From an uncultured Chryseobacterium sp. (lineage in GTDB: Bacteria; Bacteroidota; Bacteroidia; UBA10329), in contig CAZATP010000006.1 of assembly GCA_964488095.1 (NCBI GenBank), positions 53,262-117,261 on the forward strand: a DNA stretch of 64,000 nt, written 5' to 3'. The notes beneath the pieces are model-generated. The model saw nothing but the letters and a program-made list of their open reading frames with translations, had not been told where the DNA came from and did no database searches. Below, piece by piece: positions 37,300 through 45,162 of this stretch. Numbering within the stretch: the first letter of the stretch is position 1; every line of letters starts with the position of its first letter. Made by a program: the position numbers and the translations under genes.

Positions 37300-39297
37300 T
37301 TACTGCCTCACCAGCTTGCCAACGAGGCGCGTGCTGTCCGAGTCGAGGATGACGTGGTAGATGCCCGCAGGCCAGTCCTGCGCACCGATGCTGATGCGTC
37401 CTTCCCCATTGCTACCACTCCTAAAGACCTGCTGACCAAGGGCGTTGGTCACGGTGATGTTCGCTTCCTGCATTCCCTCTGGCACTTCAATGGTGAAGAT
37501 TTCTGAAGCTGGGTTTGGGTAGATGCTTATCTGATTGCCGTTCTCCAGCTGCTCACCAACAGCAGTACCTAAGAACCGATTCCAGTCGTAGGCGACATTG
37601 CTCCCGTTGAAGGAAATAGAGGCGCTGTAGACTCCATCGCCACTTCCCGTGGGCTGTATCCATTGCTCTTCAAACTGAGCTTGCCCAACAAGGTCTGAGA
37701 ATGCTCCGAACGAGCCGTACATCTGGTCATTTCCCACAATCAATACCCATGTTTGTCCAGGAACATTCGGTGTAGGCGTCTCGCACCCCCAAAGCTCTTC
37801 AATCTGCCCAGTGCAGGCCCTGCGTACCGCCACATAGTTGTCGCCCTGCCGGCCGAGGAGCCAGTTGCCGTTCTCCGTCACCTCGTCAAATTCGTTTTCG
37901 GGCCAGTGCAGGGTCACGTCCTTGTTGTTGAAGGGCAGCAGTTCTGGCAAGAATTCTGGCCAGTACATGATGAGAGCCACGTTGGCGCTCTGGCCCACGT
38001 AGGGCAGATGTTCGTTCGCGTTGTCGCTGTTGCGTTGGCTCCAATCGGGGCTGGCCGGGCCGCTGGCCGGATAGACCGCTGCCGTGCCCACGCCCGCCAC
38101 CACAGGCCATTGTTGGAAACCGACCTTGCCCTTGTGGAAATCATGGATGGAGGCCAGTGTCACCCCGTTGTTCTTGAAGATGTGCACGTCCTGCCCGCAG
38201 ATTACCGTGCTCATGGAAGCCGCGCTCAGACTCTCAGACAGCGTAGGGTAATAGTCAGGTGGGAAACCTTGCAGCGGGGCCAACAGCGCGAAGTCCACAT
38301 GTCCCCACATGTTGGAATCTTCGAGCAGTGTCACCGTTTCTTCCACCACCAACGGGTGAAAATAGCCGCCACAGCTCCATTGCATCATCACCCTATCGGC
38401 CCAGCTCAGTTCCTGATTGATGATGAAGCCTTCCTCCAGCGTGTGGCCGATGGAGAGCACGGTGTCCACCTCGGCCGTCCACGAAGCGGCCACATCGGTG
38501 AAGTCGATGTCGCTGGTGGCAAGGAAACTGCTGCCCTGGGTAGCATCTTCGGGCTCAGGGCCAAGACCGGTAAGCAGATAGACGATGGCCGAATGGTTCT
38601 GACCGAATGCCCCGTCATACTTTCCTGTATAGTTCCGCCCTGCTGCGGGATAGAACGCGCCCTCATCGTTCACCACCAGCAGCACCTCTGTCAGAAGCCT
38701 ACGCGTGGCCTGCTCGGCAAGGCCCCTTATCTCCTGATCCTCCGCGAAATCGGCCAGATTGAGCAGTCCGCAGAGCGTGTAAGGGAAATAGGTGGAGGAG
38801 AAGAATTCGTAGAAACCGTAGTTCACTTTGAGGGTCAGATAGTGTTTCAGACGCTGTTCCAGTGTGGCATCAATCGGGCGCCCGGTGCGCTCGTGGATGA
38901 GCCAATCGGCCGACATCCACATGATCATGTGGTTCTCAGACCAGTACCCATGCAGCGTGTCGCCATAATTGACCCAATAAGGGACAAGGTTCAGGTTGGA
39001 AACAATCTGGTCATCATAGGCCCCTCCGCTCAGGAACATGGCCCTCACCAGCCGCTGAATGTCAAAGTCGATGGTGCTCTTTGTGCCGATGACCATGTAG
39101 ATGCTGTCCAGATATTCCTGAATTAGCGGCTGGCCGTTGTAGCCCAGAATGACATTGGTGTGCGCATTCACATTGGCCATGGCGTTCGTCATGTGCTGCT
39201 GTCTCCGTTCGTCATAAGTCTGCCCATGAACACTTATGTTCAGGCAGAGAAACAAGCTGGTGGCGATGGAGATTCGGGTCAGAGAGAAGTGTGTCAT
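37300..39297 (-). CDS. Secreted protein of unknown function with T9SS type A C-terminal domain (helical-toroid, lyase-like N-terminal region suspected)
   Basis: Start set to the ATG at complement 39295-39297 (MTHFSLTRISIATSLFLCLNISVHGQ). C-terminus IYPNPASEIFTIEV...GIYHVILDSDSTRLVGKLVRQ. The N-terminal ~550 aa contain YWSENHMIMWMSADW, and I could not assign them to a family. Confidence 0.6.
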   Translation of the reverse strand: MTHFSLTRISIATSLFLCLNISVHGQTYDERRQQHMTNAMANVNAHTNVILGYNGQPLIQEYLDSIYMVIGTKSTIDFDIQRLVRAMFLSGGAYDDQIVSNLNLVPYWVNYGDTLHGYWSENHMIMWMSADWLIHERTGRPIDATLEQRLKHYLTLKVNYGFYEFFSSTYFPYTLCGLLNLADFAEDQEIRGLAEQATRRLLTEVLLVVNDEGAFYPAAGRNYTGKYDGAFGQNHSAIVYLLTGLGPEPEDATQGSSFLATSDIDFTDVAASWTAEVDTVLSIGHTLEEGFIINQELSWADRVMMQWSCGGYFHPLVVEETVTLLEDSNMWGHVDFALLAPLQGFPPDYYPTLSESLSAASMSTVICGQDVHIFKNNGVTLASIHDFHKGKVGFQQWPVVAGVGTAAVYPASGPASPDWSQRNSDNANEHLPYVGQSANVALIMYWPEFLPELLPFNNKDVTLHWPENEFDEVTENGNWLLGRQGDNYVAVRRACTGQIEELWGCETPTPNVPGQTWVLIVGNDQMYGSFGAFSDLVGQAQFEEQWIQPTGSGDGVYSASISFNGSNVAYDWNRFLGTAVGEQLENGNQISIYPNPASEIFTIEVPEGMQEANITVTNALGQQVFRSGSNGEGRISIGAQDWPAGIYHVILDSDSTRLVGKLVRQ

Positions 39298-39436
39298 CCG
39301 TTCAGAATTTTCTTGGGAATGAGTCTTGAGGATTGTACCTCGTAATTGTTCCAATTGACGAAAGTCAAGGCGCTAATGTCGTTAAATTCGTGACCCCGCA
39401 TCACGTTCTCTTAACAATCCCATCAATCCCTCGATC

Positions 39437-41245
39437 ATGTACCACATCGGTGTTGCCAAAGCAGACATTACGGCCTTCAAACTCGGAGTCGGGATGTTGG
39501 GTTATGGCATGTACTTCAACATCGTGAAGGGGGTGGACACCGACCTGTTCGCCCGTGCGGTGGTCATCATGGACCCTGTCAGCGGTCGCAAGGTGGCGAT
39601 GGTCAATGCCGAAGTGTGCTTCATCACCATAGCGGTGAAGAAAGGCGTGATGAAGAAACTGGGGCGCAAGCATGAGGAGTTGGGCTATACCGAGGACATG
39701 GTGATGCTCACTGCGCAGCACACGCACAGCGCACCGGGCGGATTCTCCCACTACGGGCTGTATAACATGGCTGTGCCGGGCTTCGTGCCAGAGGTGTATC
39801 AGAAGATTGTGGATGGAATTGTCGATGCCATTGTGGAGGCCGACAGCAAGGCGGTGCCCGCCACCATCCGCGTGGTGAGGGGTGAGATTGACCCCTCTAA
39901 GGAAGTGGCCTTCAACCGCTCTGTGCCGGCCTACAACGCCAATCCCGAGGTGAAGAAGGTGGGTGAGAAGGAGTCGGAGTATGCCGTGGACCGATCCATG
40001 CTGCTGCTCCGTTTCGATGATGCCGAAGGCAATCCCATCGGCTCGTGGAACTTCTTCGGCACGCACACCACCAGCATCAGCAACGACAACACGCTGATCT
40101 GCTCCGACAACAAGGGCTACGCGGCCCTGTTCATGGAGAAGGCGCTGCGGAAGGAGGGCAGTGCCGAGGAAGTGATTTCCGTGTTCGCACAGCGCAAGGC
40201 GGGCGATGTGACGCCCAACTATGTGTGGGACAGAAAGAAACGCTGGACACGCGGCAAATTCGCGGACGATTTTGAAAGTGCCCGTTACAATGGCAACATT
40301 CAGTTCGAGAAGGCGCTGGACCTGTTCAAAGCTGCCCCCGAGAGTCAATCACTGCCGTTGCAGATAGACCACGCCATCACTTGGGTCAATTTCCGCCATG
40401 TGGTCGTGGATCCGGAGTTTGCTTGGGGCGAGAAGGAGGCCTACACCAGTCCCGGTTGCCACGGCATAGGCTTCTTCGGGGGCACCAAGGAAGGGCCCGG
40501 TGCGCCCGGTGCCGTGGTGGCTTTGGGCAAGGCCTTGGCGCGCGGCATCCGTGCCTACGAACTGGCAGCGGCCAAGAAGATGACTCCCGAGCAGGCCGAG
40601 AAGATTCATCGCAAATACCACGCTCAAGATCCGAAGGATATTATTTTGGAGGACGATGAGTGCAAGGTGTTGGGCACCAAGGACCTCAAGAATCTCATAC
40701 TGCCCGCCTGGGCGGATGGCGGCATCGCGGCCTTCAAGCACTACCACCGCAACGGAAGCATTGGCGACAAGCCGCTCATTCCGCAAGTACTGCCGCTGCA
40801 CCTCGTCATTGTGGGCGATCTTGCCTTTGCCGGAATTCCGGCCGAGATTACGACCGTGGCCGGTCAGCGGTTGGAGCAGACCCTGCTGGAGATACTGAAG
40901 GACAGAGGCGTGAAGGAAGTGGTAGCCACGAGCTATGCCAATGCCTACTGCGGCTATGTGACCACCTATCAGGAGTATCAGTTACAGTTGTACGAGGCGG
41001 GCCACACGGTGTTCGGCAAGCACACATTGGGTGCGGTGCAGACACGGTTCAAGCGGTTGGCTCTGGATCTGCTGAAACCCAAAGAGGAGCGCACACCGAT
41101 GATCGATGGCGAACCGGCCTTGTTCACAGACGAGGAACTCGCCAAGCGCACCTTCAACGTGAAAGTGCGGAGACGCCAGCTTAAAGGACTGAACCAGGAA
41201 GAGGAGACGCTGAAAAGGTCCAATCGCAAGCGGACGGAGGTGTAA
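39437..41245 (+). CDS. Neutral/alkaline ceramidase family protein, no signal peptide
   Basis: 602 aa. MYHIGVAKADITAFKLGVGMLGYG N-terminus and the zinc-site motif TAQHTHSAPGGFSHY, characteristic of neutral ceramidases. Basic C-terminal tail KVRRRQLKG...SNRKRTEV. No in-frame start upstream. Confidence 0.75.
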   Translation: MYHIGVAKADITAFKLGVGMLGYGMYFNIVKGVDTDLFARAVVIMDPVSGRKVAMVNAEVCFITIAVKKGVMKKLGRKHEELGYTEDMVMLTAQHTHSAPGGFSHYGLYNMAVPGFVPEVYQKIVDGIVDAIVEADSKAVPATIRVVRGEIDPSKEVAFNRSVPAYNANPEVKKVGEKESEYAVDRSMLLLRFDDAEGNPIGSWNFFGTHTTSISNDNTLICSDNKGYAALFMEKALRKEGSAEEVISVFAQRKAGDVTPNYVWDRKKRWTRGKFADDFESARYNGNIQFEKALDLFKAAPESQSLPLQIDHAITWVNFRHVVVDPEFAWGEKEAYTSPGCHGIGFFGGTKEGPGAPGAVVALGKALARGIRAYELAAAKKMTPEQAEKIHRKYHAQDPKDIILEDDECKVLGTKDLKNLILPAWADGGIAAFKHYHRNGSIGDKPLIPQVLPLHLVIVGDLAFAGIPAEITTVAGQRLEQTLLEILKDRGVKEVVATSYANAYCGYVTTYQEYQLQLYEAGHTVFGKHTLGAVQTRFKRLALDLLKPKEERTPMIDGEPALFTDEELAKRTFNVKVRRRQLKGLNQEEETLKRSNRKRTEV

Positions 41246-42441
41246 TGAAATCACAAATGAACGATTACGCCTATTACTGCAATGTGCTTCAAGGCCGCCA
41301 GTTCCCGCTGGCCTATGTGGACCTTGACCTGTTCGATGCCAATGTGCAGAAGCTCGTGGGCATGGCGGATGGCAAAATCATCCGCATCGCATCGAAGAGC
41401 GTGCGCATTCCCGCTCTTTTGCAGCGGGTGCTGAAATATTCAGATGTATTTCAAGGGTTGATGTGCTATTCGCCTCGCGAGGCGGTGTTCCTCTCACAGC
41501 AGGGTTTTGACGACCTGTTGATGGGCTATCCGTGCTGGAACGAACGGGACATCCTGCCCATCATCGAGGAGTTGAAAAAAGGCAAGTCCATTACGCTGAT
41601 GGTCGATCGCCCGGAGCACATCTCGCATCTCGACCGCATGGGTAAGGCCCAGAATGTCCGAATTCCTGTCTGCATGGACCTCGACATGAGCAGCGACCTG
41701 CCAGGGCTGCATTTCGGGGTGTGGCGGTCGTCCGTTTTTGGCGAAAAGGAAGCGGTGGCCCTCGGTAGGGTTATCCAACAGCACCCGAATGTGGAGCTTG
41801 TGGCCGTGATGGGCTATGAGGCCCAGATAGCGGGTCTGGGCGACAATGTGCCAGGACAGGCGGCCATGAATGCCATCGTGAAACTGCTCAAGAAACGCTC
41901 GGTGAAAGAGATAGCCAAGCGAAGAAAGACCGTGGTGGATGCGCTCACGCAGATGGGCTTCAACCTCCGCATCGTGAACGGGGGCGGTACAGGCAGCATG
42001 GATACTACTTGTTCGGAGGAGGCCGTCACGGAAGTCACCGTAGGATCCGGGTTCTTCAGTCCGGGCCTGTTCGACAATTACAGCCACTTCAAGCTGATGC
42101 CCGCTGCGGGCTACGCCATCGAGGTGGTGCGCCAGCCGAAACCGGACATCTACACCTGTCTCGGTGGCGGCTATGTGGCCTCCGGTGAAATTGGCAAGCT
42201 CAAACAACCGAATGTGTTCCTCCCAGAAGGTGCTGAACTCATCGCACAGGAAGGCGTGGGCGAGGTGCAGACCCCCATCAAATACTCCGGTAAGGAGCTT
42301 CAACTTGGCAGTCCCGTATTCCTGCGTCACAGCAAGGCGGGCGAACTCTGCGAACACTTCAACACCGCGGTGCTCATCTCCAAAGGGAAAGTGGTGGATG
42401 AGGTGCGAACGAATCGGGGTTTCGGGGAGGCGTTCCTCTGA
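41245..42441 (+). CDS. Fold-type III PLP enzyme (alanine-racemase N-terminal domain; D-serine dehydratase / amino-acid aldolase-deaminase-like)
   Basis: 398 aa. IRIASKSVR (candidate PLP lysine), GYEAQIAG, VNGGGTGS. The ATG overlaps the ceramidase TAA (TAATG). Confidence 0.65.
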   Translation: MKSQMNDYAYYCNVLQGRQFPLAYVDLDLFDANVQKLVGMADGKIIRIASKSVRIPALLQRVLKYSDVFQGLMCYSPREAVFLSQQGFDDLLMGYPCWNERDILPIIEELKKGKSITLMVDRPEHISHLDRMGKAQNVRIPVCMDLDMSSDLPGLHFGVWRSSVFGEKEAVALGRVIQQHPNVELVAVMGYEAQIAGLGDNVPGQAAMNAIVKLLKKRSVKEIAKRRKTVVDALTQMGFNLRIVNGGGTGSMDTTCSEEAVTEVTVGSGFFSPGLFDNYSHFKLMPAAGYAIEVVRQPKPDIYTCLGGGYVASGEIGKLKQPNVFLPEGAELIAQEGVGEVQTPIKYSGKELQLGSPVFLRHSKAGELCEHFNTAVLISKGKVVDEVRTNRGFGEAFL

Positions 42442-42450
42442 CCATCCCGC

Positions 42451-42458
42451 TATATTTG
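42451..42458 (+). promoter_or_regulatory. Bacteroidota -7 promoter box (TATATTTG) for fabG, leaderless spacing
   Basis: Exact TAnnTTTG, 5 nt before the ATG at 42464. Confidence 0.5.
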
Positions 42459-42463
42459 ACCCC

Positions 42464-43210
42464 ATGGAGCTTCTGAAAGGAAAAGTCGCCCTGGTCACCG
42501 GAGGAACCCGTGGCATCGGGAAGGGCATCTGCCTCAAGCTGGCGGAGCACGGGGCCAGCGTGATTTTCACCTATGTTTCTTCTGAGGAAGCGGCCAAGAA
42601 CGTGGAACAGGAGCTGAAAGCTTTGGGAGTGGTTGCCAGAGCGGTTCGTTCGGATGCGGCAAAACTGGCTGATGCCGAGAAACTGGTCGAGGACATTGTG
42701 GCTGAGTTCGGAGCCTTGCACATTGTGGTGAACAATGCGGGCATCACCCGCGACAACCTGCTGATGCGCATGCGCGAGGAGGACTGGGACGCGGTCATCG
42801 ACACCAACCTGAAGGCCGTGTTCAACATCACCAAGGCGGTGCAGCGCACTATGCTGAAGCAACGCGAGGGCAGCATTATTAACATCAGCTCGGTGGTGGG
42901 TATTGAGGGGAATGCCGGCCAATCGAACTACGCGGCCAGCAAGGCAGGCATCATCGGTTTCAGCAAGAGCATCGCCAAGGAACTCGGTTCTCGGAACATC
43001 CGTTGCAATGTGGTGGCCCCGGGCTTCATCGAGACCGAGATGACCGCAGCATTGGACCAAGCTGTGGTCGATGGTTGGAAGGCCACCATCCCGCTCAAAC
43101 GGGCAGGAACGCCCGAAGACGTGGCCAATACCGTCTTATTCCTCGCCAGCGACCTCTCCACTTACGTTACTGGACAGGTGATTCCCGTATGCGGTGGGAT
43201 GCTGACCTGA
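42464..43210 (+). CDS. fabG: 3-oxoacyl-[acyl-carrier-protein] reductase
   Basis: 248 aa. LKGKVALVTGGTRGIGKGI, NNAGITRD, SSVVG...YAASKAG, and a GQVIPVCGGM tail. Confidence 0.9.
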   Translation: MELLKGKVALVTGGTRGIGKGICLKLAEHGASVIFTYVSSEEAAKNVEQELKALGVVARAVRSDAAKLADAEKLVEDIVAEFGALHIVVNNAGITRDNLLMRMREEDWDAVIDTNLKAVFNITKAVQRTMLKQREGSIINISSVVGIEGNAGQSNYAASKAGIIGFSKSIAKELGSRNIRCNVVAPGFIETEMTAALDQAVVDGWKATIPLKRAGTPEDVANTVLFLASDLSTYVTGQVIPVCGGMLT

Positions 43211-43212
43211 GG

Positions 43213-43647
43213 TCAGAATAGGCTGACCCCTCCGTAAATGGCCATGTAACGGCCCAATTTGCCCATCGTCATCCAAAGGCAGGTGAGCCAAACGTTGGCT
43301 CTGAAAAAACCCAATGCCAGTGGGATGGCATCACCGATGACGGGCACGAAGCTCAGGATGGCGAAGAAGCTGCCGTAGCGTTCAATGCGTGGATGCCATT
43401 GCTCAACCTTCTCCCGAGGAATGCGCAGGTAGCGCTCAATCCATTCCCATTTACCAAGGTGACCGAGCCAGAAAGTGGACATGCCTCCCAACGTGTTGCC
43501 GAATGTGGCGATGGCAATGCTGAGAACGGGGTCGCCACCGGCCATCAGCATGCCCGCGAGCACAGCCTCCGAGGAGAAGGGCACCACGGTGGCCGAGAGA
43601 AAACTCGCCAACAATAACCCCCAATACCCGAATTGAAGCCAGTCCAT
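43213..43647 (-). CDS. yqaA: YqaA/DedA-related small membrane protein
   Basis: LLASFLSATVVPFSSEAVLAGML...GNTLGGMSTFWLG...RYGSFFAILSFVPVIGDAIPLALG resembles E. coli YqaA. Start set to the ATG at complement 43645-43647. Confidence 0.7.
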   Translation of the reverse strand: MDWLQFGYWGLLLASFLSATVVPFSSEAVLAGMLMAGGDPVLSIAIATFGNTLGGMSTFWLGHLGKWEWIERYLRIPREKVEQWHPRIERYGSFFAILSFVPVIGDAIPLALGFFRANVWLTCLWMTMGKLGRYMAIYGGVSLF

Positions 43648-43675
43648 GCCGCAAGGTAGGCGTTCGGCAGCGGTA

Positions 43676-45133
43676 TCAGGGAATGATGCCCTTGTCGCGA
43701 AGCAGAACGATATCGGCATCAGGCACTCCGAGGTCGGTGAGCAGGGCATGATTGTCCGCTCCCAGTTCGGGTGCCGGCCACAATGGACTGGAGCCCAATT
43801 CTGGAGGGAAGGCCCGTGATGCGAACTGAGGATGAACGGAGGCCTCGCGCAAGGTGAGCACCGGAGAGAGGCAAACTTCCTCCTTTTCCAGGATTTCCTG
43901 CCAATGTGCCAATGGTCTTGATTGGAACAGCGCTGCCACTTCGGCCTTGAGGGAGGTCTGATCTTGTTCGATGATGCGGCCTTCCCACTCTGGATGGCCC
44001 GTCAGTTGGCAGAACCGTTTCCAGAATTTGGGTTCCAAGGCACCCAAGGCCACGTGCCGACCATCTGCGCAGCGATACACATTGTAACTGGCCATGCGTC
44101 CGGAGAGATGACCTTCATAACCATTGGTGGCGTATTCCTCTGCCCATCTGAGGGTGTTCAGATAGGGCAGCATGCCGGTCATGGAAACATCCACATGCTG
44201 TCCCTCGCCACTGCGCTCGCGATGCAGCAGGGCAGTGGTCACTGCGTTGAGGGACATCATGGACCCACCTGACACATCGGCCAACTGTGCTGTTGGGATA
44301 ACAGGGTTCCCGTCCGTGTCCCGAAGTCCGTCCAAAAGACCGGAATAGCTCAGGTAGTTGATGTCGTGTCCGGGAAAATCGGCCATCGGCCCTGTCTGCC
44401 CGTATCCCGTTATGGAGACGAGAATGATCTTCGGATTCACCGCCTTGAGCGAATCATAATCGAGCCCGAAGGCTTTCATAACGCCCGGCCGGAACTGCTC
44501 CATCACCACGTCTGCCCCTTTCACCATTTCAAGCAGCAGTTCTTTGCCCTCCGGTTTGCGGAAGTCGATGGCAAGGCTGCGTTTACCCGCATTGAGTGCA
44601 CCGTAGAACACAGAGATGCCGTCTTTCAAAGGTGGATATTCGCGGACGGGGTCGGGAGAGGAGGGGTCTTCCACTTTGATTACCTCCGCGCCCTGCTGTG
44701 CCAGCCAGAGAGTGGCCAGTGGTCCGGGCAGCAGTTTGGTGAGGTCGATGATGCGGTAGCCGGCCAAAGGACCCGAGGATGTGGGCCGTTCGATGCTGCG
44801 CAGGGGCGCTTGCGCGGAGTATTTCCGGAAACACTTCGCGAAGCGCATCATCTCTGAAAGGTCGCTCACCTTCACCTTGCCTGTCATCAGGGCCATCTGT
44901 GGGTTCAGCTCACCGAGTTCCAAGCTGATGTAGACCTCTTCTTTTGCACGGACCGCGCAGGTCGGGGTTCCTTGAAGACCATGTTGCACAGCGCACTGCC
45001 CGTTGGCAATGATCACGGTTCGTTTCACCTCACCGAGGTCGAAATGGAATGCCGCCTGATAATCCCCGGCCTTCTCTGGCCTGAAGCGTTTTGGGATGGA
45101 GTCGAGGACCTGAGCAAGAGTGGGCCTTCGCAT
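43676..45133 (-). CDS. Fusion protein: N-terminal SCP2 sterol-carrier domain + family III CoA-transferase (CaiB/BaiF, alpha-methylacyl-CoA racemase-like)
   Basis: The first ~100 aa are SCP2-like (FRPEKAGDYQAAFHFDL...NPQMALMTGKVKVSDLSEMMRFAKCF). They are followed by GYRIIDLTKLLPGPLATLWLAQQGAEVIKVE... and the rest of a CoA-transferase III core. Confidence 0.75.
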   Translation of the reverse strand: MRRPTLAQVLDSIPKRFRPEKAGDYQAAFHFDLGEVKRTVIIANGQCAVQHGLQGTPTCAVRAKEEVYISLELGELNPQMALMTGKVKVSDLSEMMRFAKCFRKYSAQAPLRSIERPTSSGPLAGYRIIDLTKLLPGPLATLWLAQQGAEVIKVEDPSSPDPVREYPPLKDGISVFYGALNAGKRSLAIDFRKPEGKELLLEMVKGADVVMEQFRPGVMKAFGLDYDSLKAVNPKIILVSITGYGQTGPMADFPGHDINYLSYSGLLDGLRDTDGNPVIPTAQLADVSGGSMMSLNAVTTALLHRERSGEGQHVDVSMTGMLPYLNTLRWAEEYATNGYEGHLSGRMASYNVYRCADGRHVALGALEPKFWKRFCQLTGHPEWEGRIIEQDQTSLKAEVAALFQSRPLAHWQEILEKEEVCLSPVLTLREASVHPQFASRAFPPELGSSPLWPAPELGADNHALLTDLGVPDADIVLLRDKGIIP

Positions 45134-45162
45134 GGCGCAGCGGACAGGTTGGGCTTGATCGT

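Noticed and set aside
37753-39126. 457-aa plus-strand ORF, with further long antisense ORFs at 39401-40348 (-), 41494-42570 (-), 42374-43060 (-), 49760-50791 (-), 52003-53100 (-), 55387-56112 (+), 57591-58733 (-), 58906-60489 (+) and 61459-62475 (+)
   Set aside because: Same reasoning. Each is opposite a better-supported gene (T9SS cargo, ceramidase, PLP enzyme, fabG, apbC, korA, ispG, the 485-aa gene, the 1170-aa OM protein) and shows shadow-ORF composition.
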